Origin: a virus
Length of the DNA: 38,677 nucleotides
Strand: one strand, 5' to 3'
IMG/VR virus record: IMGVR_UViG_3300049437_000037
Every line of letters starts with the position of its first letter. Position 1 is the first letter of the stretch. A program made the position numbers and the translations under genes. Shown here one piece after another: positions 23,271 through 30,545 of the stretch. The notes beneath the pieces are model-generated. The model was not told where the DNA came from, made no database searches, and saw only the letters and a list, made by a program, of their open reading frames with translations.

Positions 23271-23590
23271 TACAGGCGGGCCAGCTCCGGCACCGGGTCA
23301 CGATCAAGTCGAAGACGGTCACGCAGAACGGCTTCGGCGAAGAGGTGATCACATGGGCCACGGTGGCCACGGTGTGGGCGGCAGTCGAACCGCTGAGCGG
23401 GCGCGAGCTGGTGTCGCAGCAGCGCACCGAATCGCTGATGACACACCGGATTCGCATCCGCCGGCGCACCGACCTGGACCCGACGATGCGGGTTCACGAA
23501 GGGGCGCACGTGTACCAGGTCGACTCGATCCTGGATGCGAATAAGCCGGGCGAGATGGTGCTGATGGGCACGGAAGTGGTCAATGGGTGA
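23267..23590 (+). CDS. Head closure / head-tail adaptor protein (SPP1 gp16 / Phage_H_T_join family)
   Basis: ATGA overlap with the preceding gene. 'LRHRVTI......QN.FGE....W..V..VWA.VEPLSGRE' is the family pattern. Confidence 0.8.
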   Translation: MIQAGQLRHRVTIKSKTVTQNGFGEEVITWATVATVWAAVEPLSGRELVSQQRTESLMTHRIRIRRRTDLDPTMRVHEGAHVYQVDSILDANKPGEMVLMGTEVVNG

Positions 23591-24080
23591 TGTGCTGGGC
23601 GTCAAGATGGAGGGCGGCGAAGAGATGCTGAAGGCGCTTGCCGACCTCGGCGAGAACGTTAAGAAAACGCTCAGAGGCTCCATGCGCGTCGGCGGGCGGG
23701 TCATCCAGGCCGATGCCGATGCCCGCGCGCCCAGTTCGAGGTCCGGAAAGAAGGCCGTGTTGAAGGTGTCATCGCCCAAGCGCGGCCAGGTCGAGGCGCG
23801 CATTCAGCCGTCGAAGCGGTTCTGGTATCTCAAGTTCGCCGAAACCGGCACGACCCGGCACGAGATCAAGGCCGGCGGCGGTAAGCCGATCACGTTCGAG
23901 GGCGATACGGGCCTGATTCGCACCGGTGTGGTGAGCCACCCCGGCGCGCCGGCGCGGCCCTGGTTGCGGCCTGCGTTCGACAGCAAATCGGGCGAAGCGG
24001 TTGACGCGCTTGGCGAGTCGCTGCGCGGGGCGGTCGAGGCGGCCAGGATTGCAGCCGAAGGGCAGGATGACGAAGACTAA
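23583..24080 (+). CDS. HK97 gp10-family tail/neck component
   Basis: 'ARAP..SG.....L........V..RI.PS.R.WYLKF.E.GT' and 'HPG.PARPWLRPAFD' are present. Confidence 0.8.
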   Translation: MGDVLGVKMEGGEEMLKALADLGENVKKTLRGSMRVGGRVIQADADARAPSSRSGKKAVLKVSSPKRGQVEARIQPSKRFWYLKFAETGTTRHEIKAGGGKPITFEGDTGLIRTGVVSHPGAPARPWLRPAFDSKSGEAVDALGESLRGAVEAARIAAEGQDDED

Positions 24081-24490
24081 TGACGGCTGAAGAGGGATTG
24101 GTGGTCTTGCTGACGACCGACACGGCGATCACGGCGCTGATCGGTGCGCCGCCGGTCGCGCGGGTGTACCCGCTGGTCATCCCGCAGGATGCGGACATGC
24201 CGGCCATCGCGTATCAGCGGATCAGCAGCGTCCCGAGCCGGTCGCACAGCGGGTTTTCAGGCATCACTCAGACGCGGTTTCAGGTGACGGCTGAGGCGGA
24301 TATGTACTCGACCGTCAAGGCGCTGGCCATCGCGATCCGACGGCGGTGCGAGGCGTATCACGGCGGCCTGGGCGGCGTGATGTTTCACTCTGTGTTTGTC
24401 GAAAACGAGACGGATGGCTGGGCCGACTTCGGCGAGCCGCCGGCGCCGGTGGTGAGGATCGATCTGATGGTCACTCACAGTGAGGTGTAG
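24080..24490 (+). CDS. Tail terminator / tail completion protein (DUF3168-like)
   Basis: TAATG overlap with the preceding gene. 'L..D.AITALIG....RVYP.V.PQDA..PAI.YQ.IS' is the family pattern. Confidence 0.75.
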   Translation: MTAEEGLVVLLTTDTAITALIGAPPVARVYPLVIPQDADMPAIAYQRISSVPSRSHSGFSGITQTRFQVTAEADMYSTVKALAIAIRRRCEAYHGGLGGVMFHSVFVENETDGWADFGEPPAPVVRIDLMVTHSEV

Positions 24491-24493
24491 AGG

Positions 24494-25861
24494 ATGGGTT
24501 TTTATCGTAATCGATACAGTGGCGCAAAGCCAGCCGTGGTCGTGGCTGTGCTGGCCGCATTCGTGGTGTTGGCCTGCATCGTTGGGCCGGCTGTGCCGGC
24601 GCTGTTCGCGCGCACGCCGCCGGCGGTGGGTGCCCAAGTGGGTGCCCAGGCCACCCCGCGAGTGGTGGACCACACCACGATCAACCTGTTCTATCAGCTC
24701 GCGGCGGATGATGTGGAGCTGGCTCGCTTACGTTCGTGGCTCGTGATGTACGGTGATAAGTCGGTCGGCGACAACATCCGCACGGGGCTGACGTGCCTGG
24801 CCGGCACGGGCCCGGACAGTTGCGCGCCGGCGCTGGAGCAGCTCGGCCTAACAGATCTGGCCGGGCCACGTTTCAGCATGACCAACATCCGCTACGCGAT
24901 GATGGACGAGGCGGGGTGCGGGAACTGGGACGAGCTGGGGCAGTGTTTCCAGAACGAAGTCAACGCCATGCCGGGCGACTACGCCGCGCTGTCCTGGGGC
25001 CACAGCTACATGGAGGTCGAGCAGCCGGACGTGTTGCGGTATTTCAACGACCTCGGCGCGCCGGGCAACGTGGTCGCATATGAAGGCTACCAGGACACGA
25101 AGGGCGTGCCGCGCTGGTACTGGACCAGCTCGCTGAACAACGGTTCGAACGATGAGGCGGCCAGCTATAACGCGGCGATGCGGGCTCGTGCGACCCAAAC
25201 GGGCGGTGTGTTGCTCGACACGGCTGACCTGTTGAGTTACGACCTGAACGGCGATGCGTGCACGTCGTTGCTGGGGTACATGCCGGGCCTGTGCAATCCC
25301 GCCTACACCATCCAGACCACGGTAGGCGGCGGGCATCTGACCAAGCTCGGCCAGGTTCGCGGGGCAATGGCGGTGTGGCTGTCCCTGGCGTTCCTGGATG
25401 GCTGGTCAGGCGCGCCGGAGCCGCCACCAGAGCCCAGCGCCACCGCGACCAGCATCCTACAAAGCCCGCTGGCCACGCCCACGCCGCCATGCGCGTGTGA
25501 GCCGTGTCCGTGCACGACGGTGACAGTGACGCCCACGGTGGTTCCTGCGACGGCTACGGCGACGGCGACCGCTACTCCGCGCCCAACGGCCACGTCAACA
25601 CGCACGCCCGCGCCGACAGTGACGCCCACGGCCGTACCCACGGCCGTACCCACGGCCGTTCCCACGGTCGCGCCCACCGCTACGGCTGGCGGAGTGCAGT
25701 GTGTGATGGCCGCCGACATGGCCGCGTTCACGGCGGACCTATACGAGACCGTTCTCAACTATCCATATCAGAACTGGAGCGCGATCGTCAACGGCGGCGC
25801 GATCACGCAAATGAAGGTGCGCGCTCAGAAGACGGCGTGCGAGGCGCAGGCGCAACGATGA
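24494..25861 (+). CDS. N-terminally membrane-anchored protein with a putative SGNH/GDSL-like hydrolase domain, a long Pro/Thr/Ala linker and a small Cys-containing C-terminal domain
   Basis: The Ala/Gly/Val-rich TM is 'AVVVAVLAAFVVLACIVGPAVPALFA'. Candidate SGNH blocks are 'YGDKSVGDN', 'GSNDEAASYNAAMRA...GGVLLDTADLL' and 'GGGHLTKLG'. The linker reads 'TPTVVPATATATATATPRPTATSTRTPAPTVTPTAVPTAVPTAVPTVAPTA'. Confidence 0.6.
   Translation: MGFYRNRYSGAKPAVVVAVLAAFVVLACIVGPAVPALFARTPPAVGAQVGAQATPRVVDHTTINLFYQLAADDVELARLRSWLVMYGDKSVGDNIRTGLTCLAGTGPDSCAPALEQLGLTDLAGPRFSMTNIRYAMMDEAGCGNWDELGQCFQNEVNAMPGDYAALSWGHSYMEVEQPDVLRYFNDLGAPGNVVAYEGYQDTKGVPRWYWTSSLNNGSNDEAASYNAAMRARATQTGGVLLDTADLLSYDLNGDACTSLLGYMPGLCNPAYTIQTTVGGGHLTKLGQVRGAMAVWLSLAFLDGWSGAPEPPPEPSATATSILQSPLATPTPPCACEPCPCTTVTVTPTVVPATATATATATPRPTATSTRTPAPTVTPTAVPTAVPTAVPTVAPTATAGGVQCVMAADMAAFTADLYETVLNYPYQNWSAIVNGGAITQMKVRAQKTACEAQAQR
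25625..25672 (+). repeat. 12-bp tandem repeat (CCCACGGCCGTA-type x4) encoding (PTAV)n in the linker
   Basis: Units at 25625-36, 25637-48 and 25649-60, with a degenerate unit at 25661-72. Confidence 0.8.
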
Positions 25862-26052
25862 ATGGGCTCACACCCCGGCACGTGGCGATCCTGCAACTGA
25901 TGGCCGAGGGGTTGACCTCGAAGCAGATCGGGGAGCGGCTGGGGATCAAGCGGGTGACGGTCGAGTCGCACCGGCGCACGATGGCCCGGCGCATGGGCGT
26001 GCAGGGGCTGGCACCGATGATTGTGCGGGCCGTCAAACAGGGGCTGATATGA
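25858..26052 (+). CDS. Stand-alone LuxR/GerE-type HTH transcriptional regulator (64 aa)
   Basis: 'LTPRHVAILQLMAEGLTSKQIGERLGIKRVTVESHRRTMARRMGV' is a near-textbook GerE domain. There are ATGA overlaps with both neighbours. Confidence 0.85.
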   Translation: MNGLTPRHVAILQLMAEGLTSKQIGERLGIKRVTVESHRRTMARRMGVQGLAPMIVRAVKQGLI

Positions 26053-26873
26053 GCGACTGGCCGTTGTATTCCGGATCCCGGCACACCACCTACGGCGCTG
26101 CGACGGCCGCTTCGAGCGGCACGCAGATCGCCTACACCGTCGCCAACACGAAGAGCGGCTGGAATCAGGTCACGGCATCGACGGCGCACGACGCGCACGA
26201 GATCTGGCTGTACGCCTACGGTGAGACGAGCGCCTGCGACATGCTGGTCGACATCGGCGTGGGCGGGGCCGGCAGTGAGCAGGTGGTGCTGCCTAACTTG
26301 GTGATCACCTCGCGCGACACGACGGCGGCCATGCCGAGTGCCATCAAAATGCCGTGCTTCATCCCAGCCGGCAGCCGTATCGCGATCCGGTTTCAGAACT
26401 CCGTGGGCGTGTCGACCATGCGGTACGTGCTGACCATCGTGCAACTGGGCGGGCTGTGGCCGCCCACATTTCAGCGCATCACAGCCTACGGGACCAACGC
26501 GGCGGACTCCGGCTCGGTATCAGTTGATCCGGGCGCAAGCGCCAACACGAAGGGGTCCTATAGCGAGATCGAGGATGCGACGGCCAACCCGATCCGGCTC
26601 CTGTGGATTGCGTTTGGCCTGCAGTCCAACACGGCCCGCACCGACTACACGTGGCTGGTAGACATCGCCATTGGCGGGGCCGGCAGCGAACAGATCATCA
26701 TCCCGGATATCTGGATTGCGATCTCTGCCAGCCGCGATACCGTTGTTCAGCAGTTCATCGGGCCGTTCGAGGTCAGTATCCCGGAAGGCACTCGGTTGGC
26801 CGTGCGGATGCAGTGCTCAGGCAACGACGCGGCGGATCGCCTGCTCGACGTGGCCCTGTATGGAGCGGACTAA
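26049..26873 (+). CDS. Hypothetical protein built from two homologous beta-sandwich-like halves
   Basis: The halves share 'LVDIGVGGAGSEQVVLPNLVI...IPAGSRIAIRFQ' and 'LVDIAIGGAGSEQIIIPDIWI...IPEGTRLAVRMQ'. Confidence 0.65.
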   Translation: MSDWPLYSGSRHTTYGAATAASSGTQIAYTVANTKSGWNQVTASTAHDAHEIWLYAYGETSACDMLVDIGVGGAGSEQVVLPNLVITSRDTTAAMPSAIKMPCFIPAGSRIAIRFQNSVGVSTMRYVLTIVQLGGLWPPTFQRITAYGTNAADSGSVSVDPGASANTKGSYSEIEDATANPIRLLWIAFGLQSNTARTDYTWLVDIAIGGAGSEQIIIPDIWIAISASRDTVVQQFIGPFEVSIPEGTRLAVRMQCSGNDAADRLLDVALYGAD

Positions 26874-26875
26874 CT

Positions 26876-27208
26876 ATGGCAGTCGGTTTGAAAACATCGG
26901 GCTCGCAGACGGCAACGCTCACGACCGAGCACACCCTGGCGACGATTACGGACGCCGGCACGTATGAGCTGTGGGTGGACACCGACGCACTGGTCAATGG
27001 CGAGACGGTGGTGCTCAAAGCCAAGTGCAAGCTGGCCGGCAGCGGCGACACGGCCAAGTTGGAATGGCAAGCGGTGTACGTGCATGATCAGGGCGCGGAC
27101 ATTATCAAGCGCAGTGGGCCGATCCCGGGCCCGTTCTCAATTGAGTTCACCCTGACCCAAACCGGCGGGACAGGGCGCGCCTTCCCGTGGGCGATTTATT
27201 CCTATTAG
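26876..27208 (+). CDS. Hypothetical protein (110 aa, beta-rich)
   Basis: Internal ATG of ORF 26603..27208, 3 nt after the previous stop. Confidence 0.55.
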   Translation: MAVGLKTSGSQTATLTTEHTLATITDAGTYELWVDTDALVNGETVVLKAKCKLAGSGDTAKLEWQAVYVHDQGADIIKRSGPIPGPFSIEFTLTQTGGTGRAFPWAIYSY

Positions 27209-27219
27209 GAGTGTGAGCA

Positions 27220-27822
27220 ATGTCGAAATCAGTGCATGATGATGTGCTCGATGGGGCGCTGAACATCGTCAAAAACAACGTCACGACGATGACCATGTGT
27301 TCTGTCGCGCCGACCACGCGCACCGAGGCCATCACGACCTACGCCCTGGCAGATGTGGCCGTTGGCAGTAGCGATGTGACGGCAGCCAACGGCGACACAT
27401 CGGGCCGGAAGATGACCGTGGCGGCCAAGACCGGCGTGACCGTGGATGCGACCGGCATGGGCACCCATATCGCGCTCGTGGATGGCACGCGGTTGCTGTT
27501 TGTGACCGAGGCCAACACCGTGAGGCAGAACACGGCCCAGGCGGGCGGCGCAAGCACGATCACGCTCGACGCGAGCGCCTCGGCAGTGGACAGCTTCTAC
27601 AACAACATGGCCGTGACCATCGTTTCGGGCGTTGGGATCGGGCAGACGCGGTACATCTCCGGCTATGTTGGCTCGACGAAGGTCGCCACGGTGGGCAGCG
27701 CGTGGTCGGTGACGCCTGACAACACCAGCGTGTTTCGCATCTATGGCCAGCAGCTCACCGCGGGCGGCGGGAACACCATCGACTTCGCGGCGTGGGATTA
27801 CGAACTAGCTGACCCGTCCTAG
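27220..27822 (+). CDS. Hypothetical virion-associated-like protein
   Basis: AGGAG lies upstream of the ATG. The motifs 'DALN.VKNN.T.M..CS..PTT..EA' and 'ASTITLDASASAVDSFYNNMAVTIVSGVGIGQTRYISGYVGSTKVATV' recur in phage appendage proteins, as recalled from memory. Confidence 0.55.
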   Translation: MSKSVHDDVLDGALNIVKNNVTTMTMCSVAPTTRTEAITTYALADVAVGSSDVTAANGDTSGRKMTVAAKTGVTVDATGMGTHIALVDGTRLLFVTEANTVRQNTAQAGGASTITLDASASAVDSFYNNMAVTIVSGVGIGQTRYISGYVGSTKVATVGSAWSVTPDNTSVFRIYGQQLTAGGGNTIDFAAWDYELADPS

Positions 27823-27841
27823 CGGACTCGCCTTCTGACTC

Positions 27842-28630
27842 ATGAGCACAATTCTCAGGCTGTGGACACCGGCAGTCATTGCCACGGTTGCCGGCGTGTC
27901 AGTGTCGCCGGTCGATGCAGCCAGCACGACCCTGGCCGATGCCGTCACTATCTCCCAGGCGCATCACGTCGCGCCGGTGGACGGCCTGAGTGCCGGCGCC
28001 GCCGATGCCGTATCGGTAGTGCAGCATCACGCGACAGCGCCCACTGATGCCCTGAGTGGTTCGGCAGTCGATGCTGTCGCCGTCGCGCAAGCCCATCACG
28101 CCGCGCCGGTCGACGGGCTGTCGTCTACGGCCGCCGAAGCGGTCTCGGTCACGCAGGTATCCCAGGTCGGGCCGGTTGATGCCACAAGCACAAGCGTGGC
28201 CGATGCCATCACAGTGACGCAGGCGCATCAAGTGACGCCTGTCGACGCAATGAGCGCAACCACTGCGGACGCGGTGACGGTTACGGAGATCGCCGCCGGG
28301 ACCATCGCGCCGGTGGATGCCACGACGGCGGGAGCGGCCGAAACAGTCACGGTCACGCAGACGTATGGCGTGAGCGGAGTCGACGCAACTTCGCTCACGA
28401 CTGCCGATGCGGTCACGGTCATAGTTCCGACCGTCTCCAACGTTGCGCCGGTAGATGGTTTGAGCCGGACTGCGGCGGACGCGGTGACGGTGACTGTGTC
28501 CAGCGGGCGGCTGACCTCGGCGACGGCCACAGTCACTCAATGGACGCTCACGGCCACGGTCACGCAGGCCACGCGCAGGGCGACGGTGACGCAGCGGACG
28601 TACACGGCGGAGGTGACGATCAATGGCTGA
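27842..28630 (+). CDS. Tandem-repeat protein (nine units of ~22 aa, 'PVD..S...ADAVTV.Q.H..') with a C-terminal 'ATVTQ' mini-repeat
   Basis: 262-aa ORF. The repeats are visible in the translation. No SD lies before the ATG, so the start is uncertain. Confidence 0.6.
   Translation: MSTILRLWTPAVIATVAGVSVSPVDAASTTLADAVTISQAHHVAPVDGLSAGAADAVSVVQHHATAPTDALSGSAVDAVAVAQAHHAAPVDGLSSTAAEAVSVTQVSQVGPVDATSTSVADAITVTQAHQVTPVDAMSATTADAVTVTEIAAGTIAPVDATTAGAAETVTVTQTYGVSGVDATSLTTADAVTVIVPTVSNVAPVDGLSRTAADAVTVTVSSGRLTSATATVTQWTLTATVTQATRRATVTQRTYTAEVTING
27908..28504 (+). repeat. Coding tandem repeat with ~66-bp period, 9 diverged units
   Basis: Units start at each 'CCGGT(C/G)GA(T/C)' (PVD) codon triplet. 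Unit lengths are 22-24 codons. Confidence 0.8.
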
Positions 28631-28979
28631 GCTCAATATGCACCGGGGCGATACGCTGTCGTTCGATCTGGCGGTCACGGATGGGGTCGGCGCGCCGGTC
28701 AATCTGGCAGGCGCGAGCCTGCGCTTCACGGCCAAGCGATCGACGAGCCAGGCCGACAGCGCGGCGCTGATCGCGCTGACGATTGGCGACGGCATCACGG
28801 TGACGGACGCGGCCGGCGGACTCGCCCACGTCGAGGCGACGCCGGCGAAGACGAGCGGGTTGGAGGCAGCGACGCTATCGCTGACCTGGGACGTGCAACT
28901 AACCACCGGGACGCAGGTATTCACAGTGGCCAGCGGCTATCTGACGGTGATGCCAGACGTGTCGCTGACCGTGCCATAG
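28623..28979 (+). CDS. Hypothetical Ig-like/beta-sandwich protein
   Basis: 'RGDTLSFDLAVTDGVGAPVNLAGASLRFTAKR' is a pattern common in small phage structural proteins. Confidence 0.55.
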   Translation: MAELNMHRGDTLSFDLAVTDGVGAPVNLAGASLRFTAKRSTSQADSAALIALTIGDGITVTDAAGGLAHVEATPAKTSGLEAATLSLTWDVQLTTGTQVFTVASGYLTVMPDVSLTVP

Positions 28980-29011
28980 GATGGGCCATCGGATGGCGCC
29001 ATAGGAGGATC

Positions 29012-29281
29012 ATGGAACCAGGTATTTCCACGGACATGCCCGCCGGCGAGCCGGTCGAACTCGTCGATGGACAGTGGCAGCCGGGCGTCTGGAATGAGCT
29101 GCAGCAACTGACCTGCGTGCAGTGCAAATGGGACACGCTCGACGGGATCGAGGCGGCGCGCGCGCACAAGGCCGCGTGCCCACGATGCGGGCCGGGCGGA
29201 TCTCCGCCCGCGTCGCCCAGCGGGATATTGATCGCGGATCGCTGGGGCAACCCAGTCAACACCAACACGGAGGGCAAATAA
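29012..29281 (+). CDS. Hypothetical small protein with a zinc-ribbon-like CxxC...CxxC
   Basis: AGGAGGA lies upstream of the ATG. The pattern is 'CVQCKW...CPRCG'. Confidence 0.55.
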   Translation: MEPGISTDMPAGEPVELVDGQWQPGVWNELQQLTCVQCKWDTLDGIEAARAHKAACPRCGPGGSPPASPSGILIADRWGNPVNTNTEGK

Positions 29282-29632
29282 ATGCCAAGACAAACACTGA
29301 CGAAGACAGCCGCGCCGGGCAACTGGGCAGCCGCCGGCGTGGCGGTGACGATGACGGCCGCCAACCCAACCGACAAGGAACAGTTCGTCGCGCAGGGCAA
29401 GGACTTGCTGCTGGTGCAGAACACCGACTCGGGCGCGCATACATTCACGCTCAATTCGACGGCGGACCCGTATGGCCGGACGAAGGACATCACGACGGAG
29501 TCGGTCGCGGCGGGCGCGATACGAGTGCTCGGCCCGCTAGAGCTGACGGGGTGGGTGCAGAGCGACGGGAAAATCTACCTGGAGGCCAACAGCGCCCTGA
29601 TCAAGTTCGGAGTCATTACGCTGCCGGGTTGA
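29282..29632 (+). CDS. Hypothetical protein (116 aa, beta-rich)
   Basis: TAAATG junction with the previous gene. Confidence 0.55.
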   Translation: MPRQTLTKTAAPGNWAAAGVAVTMTAANPTDKEQFVAQGKDLLLVQNTDSGAHTFTLNSTADPYGRTKDITTESVAAGAIRVLGPLELTGWVQSDGKIYLEANSALIKFGVITLPG

Positions 29633-29666
29633 GCCTGGCAGGCACATGCAGACGGAGGTATGAGAC

Positions 29667-30095
29667 ATGGCACTCAGTGCATTCGGTACGTTGTTGAAAA
29701 TCGGTGACGGCGCGGGGCCGGAGGTGTTCACCACGGTCGCCGAGGTCAAGGCGATCGGCGGGCCGACGATCAAGGTGGACACGGTCGACCTGACCACGCA
29801 CAGTTCGACGGGCGCCTGGCGCGAGTTCATGCCGACCCTGATCGACGCCGGCGAGTTGACGTTCGATGTCAACTTCATCCCGACCAACGCCACGCAGAGC
29901 CAGTCGACGGGGTTGCTGAAGGACCTGAAGAACCGCACGAAGCGCAACTGGCAATTGGTGTTCCCGGATGGCAGCAGCACCACGTGGGCGTTCGCCGCCT
30001 ATGTGACCGGGTTCCAGATCTCGGCGCCGCCGGACGACCTGCTCGGCGCGAGTGTGACGTTGCGCCTGACTGGGCAGCCGACGTTGGCCGGATAG
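29667..30095 (+). CDS. Major tail protein (TP901-1/phi13-like)
   Basis: GGAGG lies upstream of the ATG. 'FGTLLKIGDG.....F..VAEVK.I.GP......VD.T.H.S....EF.P.LID.GE..F' is the family pattern. The chaperone/TMP genes lie downstream. Confidence 0.8.
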   Translation: MALSAFGTLLKIGDGAGPEVFTTVAEVKAIGGPTIKVDTVDLTTHSSTGAWREFMPTLIDAGELTFDVNFIPTNATQSQSTGLLKDLKNRTKRNWQLVFPDGSSTTWAFAAYVTGFQISAPPDDLLGASVTLRLTGQPTLAG

Positions 30096-30100
30096 GCCCA

Positions 30101-30125
30101 CGAATCGGGCAACGAATAAACGAAT
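30101..30125 (+). repeat. CGAAT-periodic element, copy C
   Basis: CGAATCGGGCAACGAATAAACGAAT, lying between the MTP stop and the chaperone SD. Confidence 0.7.
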
Positions 30126-30138
30126 CATCGGGAGGATC

Positions 30139-30543
30139 ATGGCTTTTCTGACAAAGACACAAATCCTGGAGGTCGATGACCGCCAGACGGAAGTCGTCGC
30201 CGTGCCGGAGTGGGGCGGCGACGTGATGGTGCACGGGCTGACCGGCGCGGAGCGCGACCAGTTCGAGGCATCGGTTATCAGCCGGAAGGGGCGCGACACG
30301 AACGTGAACATGGTCAACTTTCGGGCCAAGCTGATCGCCCTGTCGGTGGTCGATGCTGAGACCGGCGTACGGCTGTTCGATGACTCGGACGTCGGCCCGC
30401 TGGGGCGCAAGTCGGCAGCGGCATTACAGCGCGTGTTCGACGCGGCGCAAAAACTCTCTGGCTTGAGCCGGGAGGACGTAGACGAACTCACAAAAAACTC
30501 AGAGAGCGAGCCGAACGGCGATTCTGGTTCCGGCTCGCTCTGA
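30139..30543 (+). CDS. Tail assembly chaperone (gpG-like)
   Basis: GGGAGGA lies upstream of the ATG. The gene sits between MTP and TMP and carries a slippery site near its 3' end. Confidence 0.8.
   Translation: MAFLTKTQILEVDDRQTEVVAVPEWGGDVMVHGLTGAERDQFEASVISRKGRDTNVNMVNFRAKLIALSVVDAETGVRLFDDSDVGPLGRKSAAALQRVFDAAQKLSGLSREDVDELTKNSESEPNGDSGSGSL
30492..30541 (+). other. Programmed -1 ribosomal frameshift signal: A_AAA_AAC heptamer plus downstream 11-bp stem-loop
   Basis: The heptamer at 30492-30498 is in the correct X_XXY_YYZ phase for the frame starting at 30139. The -1 frame is open from 30498 and in phase with ORF 30546..30851. The stem pairs 30503-30513 with 30531-30541. Confidence 0.75.
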
Positions 30544-30545
30544 GC

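Noticed and set aside
25504-25857. The His/Arg/Gly-rich N-terminal extension of ORF 25504..26052 ('HGRTHGRTHGRSHGRAH').
   Set aside because: It is the alternative-frame reading of the PT-linker tandem repeat of the 24494 gene. The real gene in this frame is the 64-aa LuxR HTH, which starts at the ATGA overlap at 25858.
27908-28504. A diversity-generating retroelement (VR/TR pair) or phase-variable repeat underlying the repetitive ORF.
   Set aside because: There is no reverse transcriptase anywhere in the window and no second near-identical template copy. The units are diverged at many positions, not only at adenines.
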